Of a stretch of DNA of 64,000 nt, positions 9,768-20,226 are shown piece after piece. Made by a program: the position numbers and the translations under genes. This DNA comes from an uncultured Verrucomicrobiae bacterium. Lineage in GTDB: Bacteria > Verrucomicrobiota > Verrucomicrobiia > Chthoniobacterales > JAFAMB01. The notes beneath the pieces are model-generated. The model worked only from the letters and a program-made list of their open reading frames with translations, did not search any database and was not told where the DNA came from. Positions within the stretch are counted from its first letter, which is position 1. Each line of letters starts with the position of its first letter. Location of the stretch: assembly GCA_963762565.1 (NCBI GenBank), contig CAVXLD010000001.1, forward strand, positions 960,001 to 1,024,000, given 5' to 3'.

Positions 9768-12317
9768 TCACACCATCGACCTTAGCACTCGAAGATTCGA
9801 AGCCCGGGCAGCGAGGAGCGCGGGCAAAAGCCCAGCTAGAACGCCAACCGCAACTAACAACGCTCCCAGGGGGGCGATGTCGGCCCAGGGAAAGTGAACC
9901 GGAATTGTCCAACCAAAAAAGGTTACGTTAATCACACTAGTCAGAACGATTGCCAGAGCGCAGCCACCAACGATTCCCAGTACAACCGCCACTATGGTGA
10001 GGAAAAACGCTTCCAATAGAATAAGGAACAGCAACTGAAACGAAGAGCCACCAAGGCTCCTCAACACCGCAAGCTCTCGTTCCCGCTCTTTCACGATAAC
10101 AGTAAGATTAAGGATAATTCCGATGATCGACACCGCCAGAGCAATCCCCCGCAACAAGTTGGTCACCTGGAAAGTCTGGTCAAAAATGCGTTGTACAACT
10201 CCGCGCAATTCTCGGTTTGATTGAAATGCGTAGGCTTCGGCCCCCGGATAGGATGTTCGCGCCCGCTCAATGACTGCATCGGCAGAAGACCCCGGCCGCA
10301 AATAGAGAGATACCGCCTGCACCCGGTCATCGGCCCAGAAGCGGGTAAAGTTTTGCCTCTGTATCAGTAGCAAACCTTGATCACTGGTATAATCGTAGAA
10401 GATCCCTGCGACCGTGAACTCTCTTTCTCCCAGCGGCGTCGGAATTGTAATCCGGTTGCCCACCTTTAACCCCAACCGTCGGGCGAGCGGTTCCGACGCA
10501 ATCACTCGGTCGGGTTCATGCCAAGCCCGCTCTTTTTCTGCGTCGCCACCGCCGACAAACTCGGGGCTGTTTCTGGGTGAATCCATGGTAACGCCTAGAT
10601 TGACATCCTGATCGTTGATCGTGACCGGAAGCTCACGGTAAGTAGCCATGCTCTCGACTTCCGGAAAGCCTCGCAAAAACGCAATCAGGCCAGGACTAAC
10701 ATAACTGTCGAACCCGGCGAGTTGGTTCTCGGTTGTCGTCACGAATATATCGGCCACCAAGCGCCGGCTCATCCAGCGATCTAAGGTCAGACGAAATGAA
10801 AAGATCATCACCGAAACACTTACCAGAAGCGCAACCGCGCAACCGAGAGCAGCGCTAGTGACCGAGTTTCGATAGAGCGACCGAATTAGGTTCTGAGCGG
10901 AAAGTCGAATCAAGCGCTGCCGTGAAAAAACAATGGCGACCAAATTACCGAGTCCCTGGGTGACACTAGGCGACAGCAAACAGGCCGCGAGTAACACCAG
11001 CGCGGCTGACGCGAAACTGAGCGCTCGGGCATGCCACCACAGAGCCAACCAGCCGCTCAGGACTGCAAGCAGGGCAGAACCGATAGCCAGTAACAGTGTC
11101 CAGGGCCGGAATCGCTCACTGCTTTCGATTAAGAGCCCCAGATTCAGTGCCCGCAGTGGCGGTAAATTCGCGGCTTGAGCCGCTGGAACCCAGGCTCCGA
11201 TGCCGCCGGTCACCAGTCCTAGAACACCTACCACCACTATCTGATCCCAAGGAACGTACGATTGTTCGATACTGGTCAGGATATAGAGATTGCTGATCGT
11301 TTCGGACACTATCCTAATACAGCGGTTGGCTAACACCAATCCCAGCACAACACCAAGGATCACACCGCAAATTGAATAGAAGCTTGCCTCGCCCAAAAAC
11401 AGCAGCCGCACGCCTGTTCTCGAGACACCAAGCGAGCGCAGAATCCCTATCTCCGGACGTCGTCGAACCACGGAAGCAGAGACCGTATTGTAAATCAGAA
11501 AAACGCCGACCATGAGCGAAGCCATGCTGAGCGCACTTAAATTGAGTTGAAAGCCAGCCACCATCTTCTCAATTTGCGAACTACGCGATTGGGGCGTCTG
11601 CACCGACACCGTTGGCGGCAAGAGCTGCTTCAAGAGTGCGATCACCGGCGATGGATCCAGGGGATCGCTTAAACGAAATAGTACCGACGACAGTTTCCCG
11701 GCATCGCCAGACAGCTCTTGTAACCAGCCGATATCCATGGCAGCCAAATGAGAATCCCCTTCCGGCGCATCCAAGAGAAACGCGACCGTCAGCGATTTCA
11801 CTTGCTCACCTAAGCGCACTCGAAAGGTACTGCCAGCATCGAGGTGGTGAGAGTGGGCAAATGCTTTCGTTACCGCGACAGCGCTTGGGTCGCTGAACCA
11901 GCGACCACCGTCAATTTTTTGGCTACCCAATTGTTTGACCTCAAAGGTGCGAAATTCGCTATCGGTGAACGGATCAACCCCCAGCAGATGGAGATACTCC
12001 CCCTGATAGTCAGGAAGAGTAACGATCTTCTCGACCAACGGAGTAGCTGCCGTACAACCGGGCGCTTTTTGTAACTGGGGAAAGATGGCGTCATCTATTT
12101 CCCCGTCTGCTTCCAGGTTAGCTCTCCCTGCGGTCACGTCGACGCTGGCCGACAACGCTCGATTAGCGCTATAGTTAGTAACCTGAATTGCCAAATAGAC
12201 GGCCACCCCTAGAGCGACACTCAGGATATTGATCGAAGCGAGTATGGGATGACAGAGCGCGTCCCGGATCACCAAGTGATAGAAAAATCGGAAGCCGCTC
12301 ATGGGTAACGCCGACAA
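9768..12317 (-). CDS. FtsX/MacB-type ABC transporter permease (two permease domains)
   Basis: RRPEIGILRSLG and RERELAVLRSLG motifs, multiple TM segments; start may be 12302. Confidence 0.9.
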   Translation of the reverse strand: MSALPMSGFRFFYHLVIRDALCHPILASINILSVALGVAVYLAIQVTNYSANRALSASVDVTAGRANLEADGEIDDAIFPQLQKAPGCTAATPLVEKIVTLPDYQGEYLHLLGVDPFTDSEFRTFEVKQLGSQKIDGGRWFSDPSAVAVTKAFAHSHHLDAGSTFRVRLGEQVKSLTVAFLLDAPEGDSHLAAMDIGWLQELSGDAGKLSSVLFRLSDPLDPSPVIALLKQLLPPTVSVQTPQSRSSQIEKMVAGFQLNLSALSMASLMVGVFLIYNTVSASVVRRRPEIGILRSLGVSRTGVRLLFLGEASFYSICGVILGVVLGLVLANRCIRIVSETISNLYILTSIEQSYVPWDQIVVVGVLGLVTGGIGAWVPAAQAANLPPLRALNLGLLIESSERFRPWTLLLAIGSALLAVLSGWLALWWHARALSFASAALVLLAACLLSPSVTQGLGNLVAIVFSRQRLIRLSAQNLIRSLYRNSVTSAALGCAVALLVSVSVMIFSFRLTLDRWMSRRLVADIFVTTTENQLAGFDSYVSPGLIAFLRGFPEVESMATYRELPVTINDQDVNLGVTMDSPRNSPEFVGGGDAEKERAWHEPDRVIASEPLARRLGLKVGNRITIPTPLGEREFTVAGIFYDYTSDQGLLLIQRQNFTRFWADDRVQAVSLYLRPGSSADAVIERARTSYPGAEAYAFQSNRELRGVVQRIFDQTFQVTNLLRGIALAVSIIGIILNLTVIVKERERELAVLRSLGGSSFQLLFLILLEAFFLTIVAVVLGIVGGCALAIVLTSVINVTFFGWTIPVHFPWADIAPLGALLVAVGVLAGLLPALLAARASNLRVLRSMV

Positions 12318-12399
12318 GACCGGGAGCGCTCCGGCGGCTGCCGGACCGAGGAACGACCTGTTGCGGCCATACCCAGACGGCGCGCCATCACCCCAACCT

Positions 12400-12524
12400 G
12401 GGGAGGGCGCGCGTCCTGGCGCGCCGGGAAAACGTTCCCCGCCTCCAGATGTATTTTGATCATTCGGTCATCAAACGCGGTTAGCCTCCGTAAACAAAGG
12501 ATCGCGGGGACGCGATCCCTCCCC
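12400..12524. repeat. REP-like doublet, family B
   Basis: GGGGAGGGCGCGCGTCCTGGCGCGCCG ... GGATCGCGGGGACGCGATCCCTCCCC. Confidence 0.88.
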
Positions 12525-12541
12525 CTCACCGCAGACCCCGT

Positions 12542-15310
12542 TCACGGCGCTCCCGGCGTTGTCTCAATACTAACCCCGGTGGCGGCAGTTAGCAGGTTCG
12601 CCTGCAGCCGGTCAAGCAGCGGTCGGCTAGTCAGTTTTCTGCCTTCGGCGTCATTTACATAAAAACTGTCGAAGGCAGCCCCTTTCTCAGTGGCAATTCT
12701 GGAGTGAGCGATATTGAGTTGAACTGCAGCAAAACAGCGGAGCACATCGTACAACAGCCCCATTCGATCCGCGGTCTGCAGATCAATCACGGTGTACGCC
12801 GGGTGCACTTCATTAGAAATCGTTAGCTTAGTGGGAAGTTCCATATCAGCGCTCACTTGGTATACAGGCCGCCGGCGGGCCTTGTTAAGAAGCGGGCCAA
12901 AGTCGAAGTCGGGTACACTCAGCGCCTGACTTAGAACCAATTCTACTTGGTTCCGCTCGGTTTCCTCGGTCACAGGCTGAAAGTTCGGGTCGCACACGCG
13001 AAAGACGCCCAACATAATATCGTCGTCCCGGGTGTACGCGTCCGCGCTGAGAATATTGATTGAGGCGGTGGCAAATGAGCCCGCTATCTTCGCCATCAAA
13101 GCGACCCGATCCCACGTACAAACCCAGACTTCGCTATGACCTTGGTCGGGTTTATCCTGCCAGCGAATCGCCGCACTCAACGCTGCCGTCGGCTCGTTAT
13201 ACCGGGCTTCTAACCAGGTTCGTACCAGCCGTATATGTCCAATAATGTCGTTAACCTGGGTACTCTGGAAGTATCGTTCAGGCATCGATTCGAAATGAAC
13301 CTCGATCTCTTCTCCAAAATCACGGGCCATTCGCTTGGACACCGTCTGCCGAAGATCAGCTCGCTCAATGCGCGCCTGTTTGAAGAATTCCGCTTCGTCA
13401 CGCAAATAACTCGAGGCCGCGTTGTATAGCTGCCACACCAGCGTCTCTTTCCAATCCGACCAATTCTGTCCGCTGGTGCCTTGGCCGTCTGCCAAGGTTA
13501 GTAGCATCAGATAATCCAGGTTGACTTGATTACGCACGTTCTCCGCAAAAGCCGCGATGGTTGCCGGGTCCTCAATGTTTCGACGTTGAGCGATCTCCGA
13601 CAACGTCAGGTGATGATCAACCAACAAAATGAGCCGGCTGCGTCGCTCCGGCGAGAGCTGGAGCCGGGCGGCCACCTTTTGGGCGTTCAGAGCGCTGGCT
13701 TCGGAATGATGCCGGGCGCTGGATGCTTTCCCGGTATCGTGGAGCAGTAACGTCAAATAGAGAACGAATGGATCCTCCATTCCTCTAAACAAAACTTGAT
13801 AATCGGTTAGCTTTGGATCGATCGTGTCTATTAACTCGTCCAACTTCTCGATACATTGCAACGTGTGCTCATCCCCCGTATAGCGGTGGAAAAATTCATG
13901 TTGAACCAGGCAGGTAATTTCTCCGAATTCCGGCAAATATCGCCCGAGTACGTCGACTTCATGCATCATTCTCAAGATGCGACCTACCTGACCCTTGCGG
14001 GAAAGGATGGCTTGAAACGTTTCTCGAGCAGAGCGCGCGTATTGAAAGGTCCGATTAATTAGGCGCGTCCTGCGGCGAATCAGCTCTTCCAACTCGGGGC
14101 TAAGATCCAGCTCGCGCTGCTGCGCATGCAGAAAAACCCGCAATAACCTGAACGGGTCTTCCTTAAAAATGTCGCGGTTCTCGTAATAGATCAATCCGTT
14201 CTGACTATAGAATCCGTCGAAATGCTCAGTTTTGAGCTTCCGCTTCGCTAAAAAACCAAAGATCGGGCGCGTATCTTTGTTGGTACTCTCAGGTAGGAGA
14301 AACCGCTCGGTGATTCGAGTCGTTGTAAGATAAATCGTGCGAGCGTGCTGGAAATAGTCTCGCATGAACGCTTCACTTCGACGCACCACCGTTTTCTGAG
14401 GATAATTGAAGTGGTTCGCTACTTGGCCCTGTAAAAAGAGCGTCAGCACATCGGCAGGTCTTTTATTTATGTAATGCAGCTCGGTTCTGACCCGCTCAAG
14501 AAAGTCGTAAGCCCGATCGATTGCCCGGCGATCGCTCTCGGAAATATATTTTCGCTCTACCAACTTCGCCGTGCTCATGACACCGTCGCGGAAATAGCAG
14601 ATCCATTGCATGTTCTGGTAATCGCGCAGGCCGCCGCACCCGTTCTTGACATTCGGCTCCTGCATAAACACAGAGCCGCCGTATTTCCGCCACCGTTCTT
14701 CCTGGTTAGCCAGACGCCAGGTCAAGTATGCGCTGACCTGTCCACGAACGCAGTGTTCGAAGAAATCGCGACGGAATTTAGCGTACAGATTCCGGTTACC
14801 CGCGAGGAACCGGGACTCGAGCAGCGACGTTTTCGTGAGAACATCAGAGTTGGCTAGCCGGATGGCCTCCTGAATCGATCGGGTCGCGTGCCCGACCTTG
14901 AATCCTACATCCCATAACATGTAAAGAACCTGTTCGATGATGTTGGCGGCGTCGGGTTGGATCTTCCCCATCTCATGCAGGAACAAAATATCGACGTCGC
15001 TGTAAGGATTCAGTTCACCCCGGCCATATCCGCCGATAGCTAAAAGTGCGACCGGAGGCGTCTGGTTGTTGAACGGGGGGAATTCGACCGCCCCTTCAAA
15101 TAGGTGCCGGAGGACGACGTCAAGCAAGGTTGCTCGGTCCCGGACTACTTCTAGTCCACCGGCGCCCGAATAATGCTTTAGCCGGAGGCGATGCTCTTCT
15201 AGCTTAAGAAACTTCTTATACAGGTTAAGTCTTTCTCGAAGCCGCTCCTTGCCTTCGGAAACAAGTTGTCGCTCGGCATGAGCCAAGATTTTTTCGAGAT
15301 GTTGAGCCAT
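12542..15310 (-). CDS. glnD: [Protein-PII] uridylyltransferase/uridylyl-removing enzyme
   Basis: GGYGRGELNPYSDVD NTase motif, EPNVKNGCGGLRD, HD motif LLHDTGK, two C-terminal ACT domains. Confidence 0.95.
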   Translation of the reverse strand: MAQHLEKILAHAERQLVSEGKERLRERLNLYKKFLKLEEHRLRLKHYSGAGGLEVVRDRATLLDVVLRHLFEGAVEFPPFNNQTPPVALLAIGGYGRGELNPYSDVDILFLHEMGKIQPDAANIIEQVLYMLWDVGFKVGHATRSIQEAIRLANSDVLTKTSLLESRFLAGNRNLYAKFRRDFFEHCVRGQVSAYLTWRLANQEERWRKYGGSVFMQEPNVKNGCGGLRDYQNMQWICYFRDGVMSTAKLVERKYISESDRRAIDRAYDFLERVRTELHYINKRPADVLTLFLQGQVANHFNYPQKTVVRRSEAFMRDYFQHARTIYLTTTRITERFLLPESTNKDTRPIFGFLAKRKLKTEHFDGFYSQNGLIYYENRDIFKEDPFRLLRVFLHAQQRELDLSPELEELIRRRTRLINRTFQYARSARETFQAILSRKGQVGRILRMMHEVDVLGRYLPEFGEITCLVQHEFFHRYTGDEHTLQCIEKLDELIDTIDPKLTDYQVLFRGMEDPFVLYLTLLLHDTGKASSARHHSEASALNAQKVAARLQLSPERRSRLILLVDHHLTLSEIAQRRNIEDPATIAAFAENVRNQVNLDYLMLLTLADGQGTSGQNWSDWKETLVWQLYNAASSYLRDEAEFFKQARIERADLRQTVSKRMARDFGEEIEVHFESMPERYFQSTQVNDIIGHIRLVRTWLEARYNEPTAALSAAIRWQDKPDQGHSEVWVCTWDRVALMAKIAGSFATASINILSADAYTRDDDIMLGVFRVCDPNFQPVTEETERNQVELVLSQALSVPDFDFGPLLNKARRRPVYQVSADMELPTKLTISNEVHPAYTVIDLQTADRMGLLYDVLRCFAAVQLNIAHSRIATEKGAAFDSFYVNDAEGRKLTSRPLLDRLQANLLTAATGVSIETTPGAP

Positions 15311-15328
15311 CTGTCCGCCGGAAACTCA

Positions 15329-15436
15329 ACCGCAAATACACGCAGATAAACGCGGATTGAATTCCCTGGAACTACTGTAGCAAACGAAACGTCGCATTAC
15401 TCTCTTAAATCTGCGTCTATCTGCGTTAATCTGTGG
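15329..15436. repeat. Inverted short-period repeat doublet (CGCAGAT family)
   Basis: CGCAAATACACGCAGATAAACGCGGAT facing ATCTGCGTCTATCTGCGTTAATCTGTGG. Confidence 0.8.
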
Positions 15437-15456
15437 CTGAGGGTCTTGCCTTACGT

Positions 15457-18045
15457 TCATGAGGCCATTGCTCCTAGCCGGTCGCGGAGTTGTTCTAGTC
15501 GGCTCAGAAAGTCGGCCTCTCGTTTACGATGCTCTTCGACAACGGCCGCCGGGGCCCTGTTCACAAAATTCTCGTTCGCTAATTTCTTGCGCACTGTCTC
15601 TAATTCTTCTTCCAGCTTGGCGATTTCCCGCGCCAGACGTTGCTTTTCCGCGTCTAGGTCGACGGATCCCTCCAAAGGTAAGAATACTTGCCCGATTGGG
15701 GTGATCGCAACGGGCTCACCTCGCGCTGACTGATAGTCGGGTGTCACCTCAAGAGGTTCTGCTCCGCAAAGACGACCGAACACAGCGAAGTCTCCGGCCA
15801 GCTCAGGCCTCAAAACAATTCGGATTTTTTTGTTCGACGGAATCCGGTATTCGGCTCGCAAATTTCGAGTGATCGAAGTTGCCTCGTACACCGCCGTCGC
15901 AAACCGCACGCTTTCTTCGGCCGGCGGCAGATCAACTCGCAGATCCGACAGTGAAGCAAATTGTATACTCCCAGAGCCGTACCCCATCCGCTGCCAAAGC
16001 TCTTCGGTGATGTGTGGCATAAACGGATGGAGCAATCGGATCACAGAGGAAAGCACTCGATCCATGACCCAGAGAGCGCCCGCACGCTCCTTCTCGTTTT
16101 GCAATTCTGTTTTCGCCGCCTCCAGGTACCAGTCGCAGAAGTCGCTCCAGAAGAAGTCGTATAAACTCTGAGCAATGTCCGTGAAAAGGTACTCGGAATA
16201 CCCGCGCTCGATCCGATCCACCGTCTGGTTCAGCTGAGAAAGAATTTTGATGGAATAGGGCGAGAAACTCGACACCGCCGGTGGCTCATCGACGCTCGCT
16301 CCCTGCAGCTGGCGAAAGCGAAACGCATTCCAGAGCTTATTGGCAAAGTTCCGTCCCTCCTCGATTTGTTTCTCATCGAAACGGATATCTTGCCCATGTG
16401 GAGCGGTCCGTAGAAGGCCGAACCGAAGCCCATCAGCGCCGTATTTAGCGATTAAGTCCAAGGGATCAGGCGAGTTCCCCAAGCTCTTGGACATTTTGCG
16501 CCCTTGCCCATCCCGAATGATCCCGGTAAAGAACACGTCCTCAAAGGGTCGCCGGTCTTGGAATTCGAATCCGGCCATCATCATCCGAGCCACCCAGAGA
16601 AAAATGATGTCAGGGGCGGTCACGAGATCGTTGGTAGGATAAAACCGTTTTCTCATGCCGGGCGTCATAGTGGCAAACGGCCAGAGCCACGATGAAAACC
16701 AGGTATCCAGCACATCGGGATCTTGTTCCCAATTTTCCGGATCCGGCGGGGGCTCAATCGCTACGTGGAGACGGCCTGGTTCGTTCCGATGATACCAGAC
16801 CGGAATCCTGTGGCCCCACCAAACCTGCCGGCTGATACACCAATCCTGGATATTCTCGATCCAGTGTTCGAGGTTTTTGACCCAACGTTCAGGGCGCAGC
16901 CGAATCTCACCGTCGCGAACCGCGTTCAAGGTTCGCTCAACCTGGGGGTACCGCAGAAACCACTGTTCGCTCAGCCTTGGCTCAATCGGGACCTTAGCCC
17001 GCTCACTATAACCAACGGTGTGCTCGTACGGTTCCTCTCGGACCAACAACCCCAGGTCTCGAAGCTTCTCGACAGCCAATTTGCGGGCCTCGGCCCGATC
17101 CACGCCAACGAAGTCCGGCCCGGCTAGTTCATTCAAGGTCCCGTCCGGATTGAGCACGTCGATTAACTCCAGTCCGTGACGCTGGCCAATCTCAAAGTCG
17201 ACTTTGTCGTGCGCCGGAGTCACCTTCAAAACTCCGGTCCCGAACTCCACATCGATCGCATCGTCTCCAACGATTGGGATTTGGACTCGGGGAAACGGAC
17301 GCCAGCAATGCTTCCCGATCAGGTGCGCGTACCGGCTGTCTCGAGGATTCACCGCCACCCCCGTATCTCCCATCAAGGTCTCCGGACGAGTGGTCGCGAT
17401 CTCAAGGAATTGCCCAGGCAGCTCAACGATTTCGTACCGCATCACGTACAGGAAACCTTTCACCGGTGTCGGCACCACTTCTTCATCGGACAATGCCGTT
17501 AACGAGCCTGGGTCCCAATTCACCATTCGCTTCCCTCGATAAATTCGGCCCTTGTTGTAGAGGTCAACGAAGGTAGCTCTCACCTCATGCGAGTACTCCG
17601 GGTCCATGGTGAATCGCTCCCGGGACCAGTCGCAGGAACAGCCGAGCTTCTTAAGCTGCTCGATGATGATGCCGCCGTGACGTTCTTTCCACTCCCAGAC
17701 GCGCTTAATAAAATCCTCCCGCCCAAGATCAAAACGGGACTTTCCTTCCTTGCGGAGCTGTCTTTCCACAACCGTTTGAGTCGCAAGCCCGGCATGGTCA
17801 GTCCCGGGCAGCCAAAGCACTTCTTTCCCGAGCATGCGCGCTCGCCGCGCAAGAACGTCTTGGATCGTGTTGTTCAAAACGTGCCCCATCGTTAGGACCC
17901 CGGTCACATTGGGCGGAGGAATCACGATGGCGTAACCCGGCTTCGGCGATCGGACCTTGGCGTGGAAGTCCTTGTCGCGGACCCAGTTGCGGTACCATTT
18001 CGGCTCGACGGCTCCCGGTTCGTAGGCTGTGGAAATCACTTCCAT
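15457..18045 (-). CDS. valS: Valine--tRNA ligase
   Basis: PPPNVTG..HMGH, WCISRQ, KMSKS, C-terminal coiled coil; ATG at 18045. Confidence 0.97.
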   Translation of the reverse strand: MEVISTAYEPGAVEPKWYRNWVRDKDFHAKVRSPKPGYAIVIPPPNVTGVLTMGHVLNNTIQDVLARRARMLGKEVLWLPGTDHAGLATQTVVERQLRKEGKSRFDLGREDFIKRVWEWKERHGGIIIEQLKKLGCSCDWSRERFTMDPEYSHEVRATFVDLYNKGRIYRGKRMVNWDPGSLTALSDEEVVPTPVKGFLYVMRYEIVELPGQFLEIATTRPETLMGDTGVAVNPRDSRYAHLIGKHCWRPFPRVQIPIVGDDAIDVEFGTGVLKVTPAHDKVDFEIGQRHGLELIDVLNPDGTLNELAGPDFVGVDRAEARKLAVEKLRDLGLLVREEPYEHTVGYSERAKVPIEPRLSEQWFLRYPQVERTLNAVRDGEIRLRPERWVKNLEHWIENIQDWCISRQVWWGHRIPVWYHRNEPGRLHVAIEPPPDPENWEQDPDVLDTWFSSWLWPFATMTPGMRKRFYPTNDLVTAPDIIFLWVARMMMAGFEFQDRRPFEDVFFTGIIRDGQGRKMSKSLGNSPDPLDLIAKYGADGLRFGLLRTAPHGQDIRFDEKQIEEGRNFANKLWNAFRFRQLQGASVDEPPAVSSFSPYSIKILSQLNQTVDRIERGYSEYLFTDIAQSLYDFFWSDFCDWYLEAAKTELQNEKERAGALWVMDRVLSSVIRLLHPFMPHITEELWQRMGYGSGSIQFASLSDLRVDLPPAEESVRFATAVYEATSITRNLRAEYRIPSNKKIRIVLRPELAGDFAVFGRLCGAEPLEVTPDYQSARGEPVAITPIGQVFLPLEGSVDLDAEKQRLAREIAKLEEELETVRKKLANENFVNRAPAAVVEEHRKREADFLSRLEQLRDRLGAMAS

Positions 18046-18155
18046 TGGGATTGCGAATCTGTCCTGAGCGGGGCAGTTCTGCAACTATGGAGCGCAGAGG
18101 ATGGGACGAGAGGATGGAACCCGGGGATTGTCGCGAACACGTGAATGGTTCCCAA

Positions 18156-18397
18156 CCCCTGATCGGTAGGGCGAAAAACTCGGCGCGCTGAATGCATGTT
18201 TGTTTCAACCGCTTGCCCGCGCCGGTTTTGAGCCGTCCCGTGCGTGTGCCACCTCAAAGGCGGGCACGATCCATGGCTATTTTGGCCGCCCAATGGATGA
18301 AAACGACCCCACGGTGCCGCTCAAAACCGGCGCGGACTAATTACAGGCACAATCAACGTCTTCGGCGCGCCGAGTTTTTCGCCCTACCGATCAGGGG
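18156..18397. repeat. Four-arm REP-like doublet, family D
   Basis: Perfect 33-bp outer IR (18156-18188/18365-18397) and perfect 17-bp inner IR (18217-18233/18319-18335). Confidence 0.92.
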
Positions 18398-18425
18398 CCT
18401 GCTACACGCCCCTCGGCAAGCCGCG

Positions 18426-19253
18426 TTATCTGAGCCCGCATGCACGCCCGATCATAAACAACCCTGCCCCGATCACGACGACTCCTATGCCTCGAGCGAC
18501 ACGCTCGCCGGAAGGTGCGAAACGTTCAGCGGTGATGGCTACGGTCACAGCCGCCATCGTCCGCAGATCCATAACTCCGATGACGAGAAGGATCGTCATC
18601 AAGCCGGCACAGCAATAGCAGCAGTGGAGGCCTAGCTGAAGGCCGTGCCGCCAAGCCGTGCCGGCGTCCGCTTGAAACTGAAAGCGACACTTGGGTGTGC
18701 CCCGGCAACAAGCTAGATAGTGTGCCTTCAAGGGTGTGAACTGGAACACGCCGGCGATCAGGACAACAACAGCAACCGCGAGTGGAACTGCGCGCGACAG
18801 CGCTGGCAGCTGCATCTCAAGCTCCGCCGCTGCGACGCCGACCGGAAAGGTGACTATCCCGCACACGGTCCAAACAAAGAAGTAACCAACGCCCACCAGG
18901 AAGGTTAGCCAACCCCGGCGTTTTTCGCCCCTCGTGTCCACGGCCCGGCGGTAGCGCCAAAGCATCGGCACCAAGCACGGCAGCATCATCGCTACCATCA
19001 TCACGACCCACATGCCCAGGAATGACGCTCCAACGCCGAGCCACGTCTGCCCGGGCATTCGCATCCACGCCATCGACATCGACCAACCACCCGGCATCGA
19101 CATCTCGCCCATCGTCGACATCGAGGCGCACCAGACGATCGTTACCAACGCGCTGGCAGCGAATACCAGCGCCGAGAAGCCGAAGAAGGCTCGCTGGCCA
19201 ACCACGTTCTGTGAAGCCCGATACCAGGAGGTGGCCTTAAAAATGTCTTCCAT
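18426..19253 (-). CDS. DUF2182 predicted metal-binding membrane protein
   Basis: WVVMMVAMMLP, QFTPLK..L..CR, G..CCYCC..LM motifs. Confidence 0.85.
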   Translation of the reverse strand: MEDIFKATSWYRASQNVVGQRAFFGFSALVFAASALVTIVWCASMSTMGEMSMPGGWSMSMAWMRMPGQTWLGVGASFLGMWVVMMVAMMLPCLVPMLWRYRRAVDTRGEKRRGWLTFLVGVGYFFVWTVCGIVTFPVGVAAAELEMQLPALSRAVPLAVAVVVLIAGVFQFTPLKAHYLACCRGTPKCRFQFQADAGTAWRHGLQLGLHCCYCCAGLMTILLVIGVMDLRTMAAVTVAITAERFAPSGERVARGIGVVVIGAGLFMIGRACGLR

Positions 19254-19280
19254 AGTGCTACTAGCAGCTAACAGCCGCAG

Positions 19281-20024
19281 TTAATCCTCGTATCTATCGT
19301 GGTAATGCAACCAGGCCATCGGCCAGTCCAGCTCAGCCTCATCTCGTCCCTTGGGAACTAAATCGAGATAATTATAGGCCGTATTCAGGGTGTCGATCCC
19401 GCGAGTATAGGTCGAATAGGTGTGATAAATGCTCCCGTCTTCGCCCTTGTAAAAAACGCTCACCCCCGGCAAATCTGGCGAGCCTGTGTCGGAGCCAGTC
19501 CAGTAGTTTTGGACATGCTTCGCATAGTTGTACTCAACTTCACCCTTCAGCTCTTCGGGAGTAAACGAAACATGATAGTCATAGTTGAAATCATTGTTAG
19601 CGGACGACACCCAGTTGAAGTTCCAGCCCATTCGTCGCTTGAACGCTTCTAGCCTTTCCGACGGCGCCCGCGAGATCGCTATCATGGTTACATCTCGATG
19701 ATTCAGATGAATACCGATCGGGTTGAAATTATCAGCCCAGAACGAGCAACTAGGGCATCCCTCTTCCCAGTCCGGCGCAAACATGAAATGATAGACTAAC
19801 AATTGGCTTCTGCCCTCAAACAGTTCAGCCAGGCTCATCTTTCCGGCCGGCCCATCAAAAACATAATCCTTTTCTACCTTAACCCAGGGTAATTCCCGGC
19901 GCTGCCGGCTCAATTGATCGCGGAGACGTGTGAACTCCTTTTCTTGGGTCAGAAGCTGTCTTCTTGCCTCGATCCAGTCGTTCTGCGAAACGACCTTGTG
20001 TTTATTTAGCTCTGTCTTAGTCAT
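19281..20024 (-). CDS. DUF899 thioredoxin-like protein
   Basis: RRELPW, LFEGRSQLLVYHFMF, GCPSCS, HTYSTYTRG, LDLVPKGRDE; ATG at 20024. Confidence 0.9.
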   Translation of the reverse strand: MTKTELNKHKVVSQNDWIEARRQLLTQEKEFTRLRDQLSRQRRELPWVKVEKDYVFDGPAGKMSLAELFEGRSQLLVYHFMFAPDWEEGCPSCSFWADNFNPIGIHLNHRDVTMIAISRAPSERLEAFKRRMGWNFNWVSSANNDFNYDYHVSFTPEELKGEVEYNYAKHVQNYWTGSDTGSPDLPGVSVFYKGEDGSIYHTYSTYTRGIDTLNTAYNYLDLVPKGRDEAELDWPMAWLHYHDRYED

Positions 20025-20226
20025 ATCGTCATTTCTGTTATTGGTTGGTGTTCGGTGGATAGAATAGTATCGGAAATTGAACGCTGAGAGTGACAAGTGT
20101 GGCGGGATTAGGACGGATGCTAAGAAACGCCGGCATCGCCGCGAACGGGAACCGAACGCGACAGCGTCGGATAGGATGCCGCGCTCGGTTGCCGACCGTC
20201 GCGATCAGCAGACTGATTCTTCGGTC

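Noticed and set aside
18046..18400. T-box riboswitch upstream of valS
   Set aside because: No T-box consensus or antiterminator was recognised; the structure present is the family D repeat, which recurs at an unrelated locus.
18192..18635. 147-aa ORF as a transposase for the family D element
   Set aside because: No HUH or DDE motif; it spans the repeat and the antisense strand of the DUF2182 gene.
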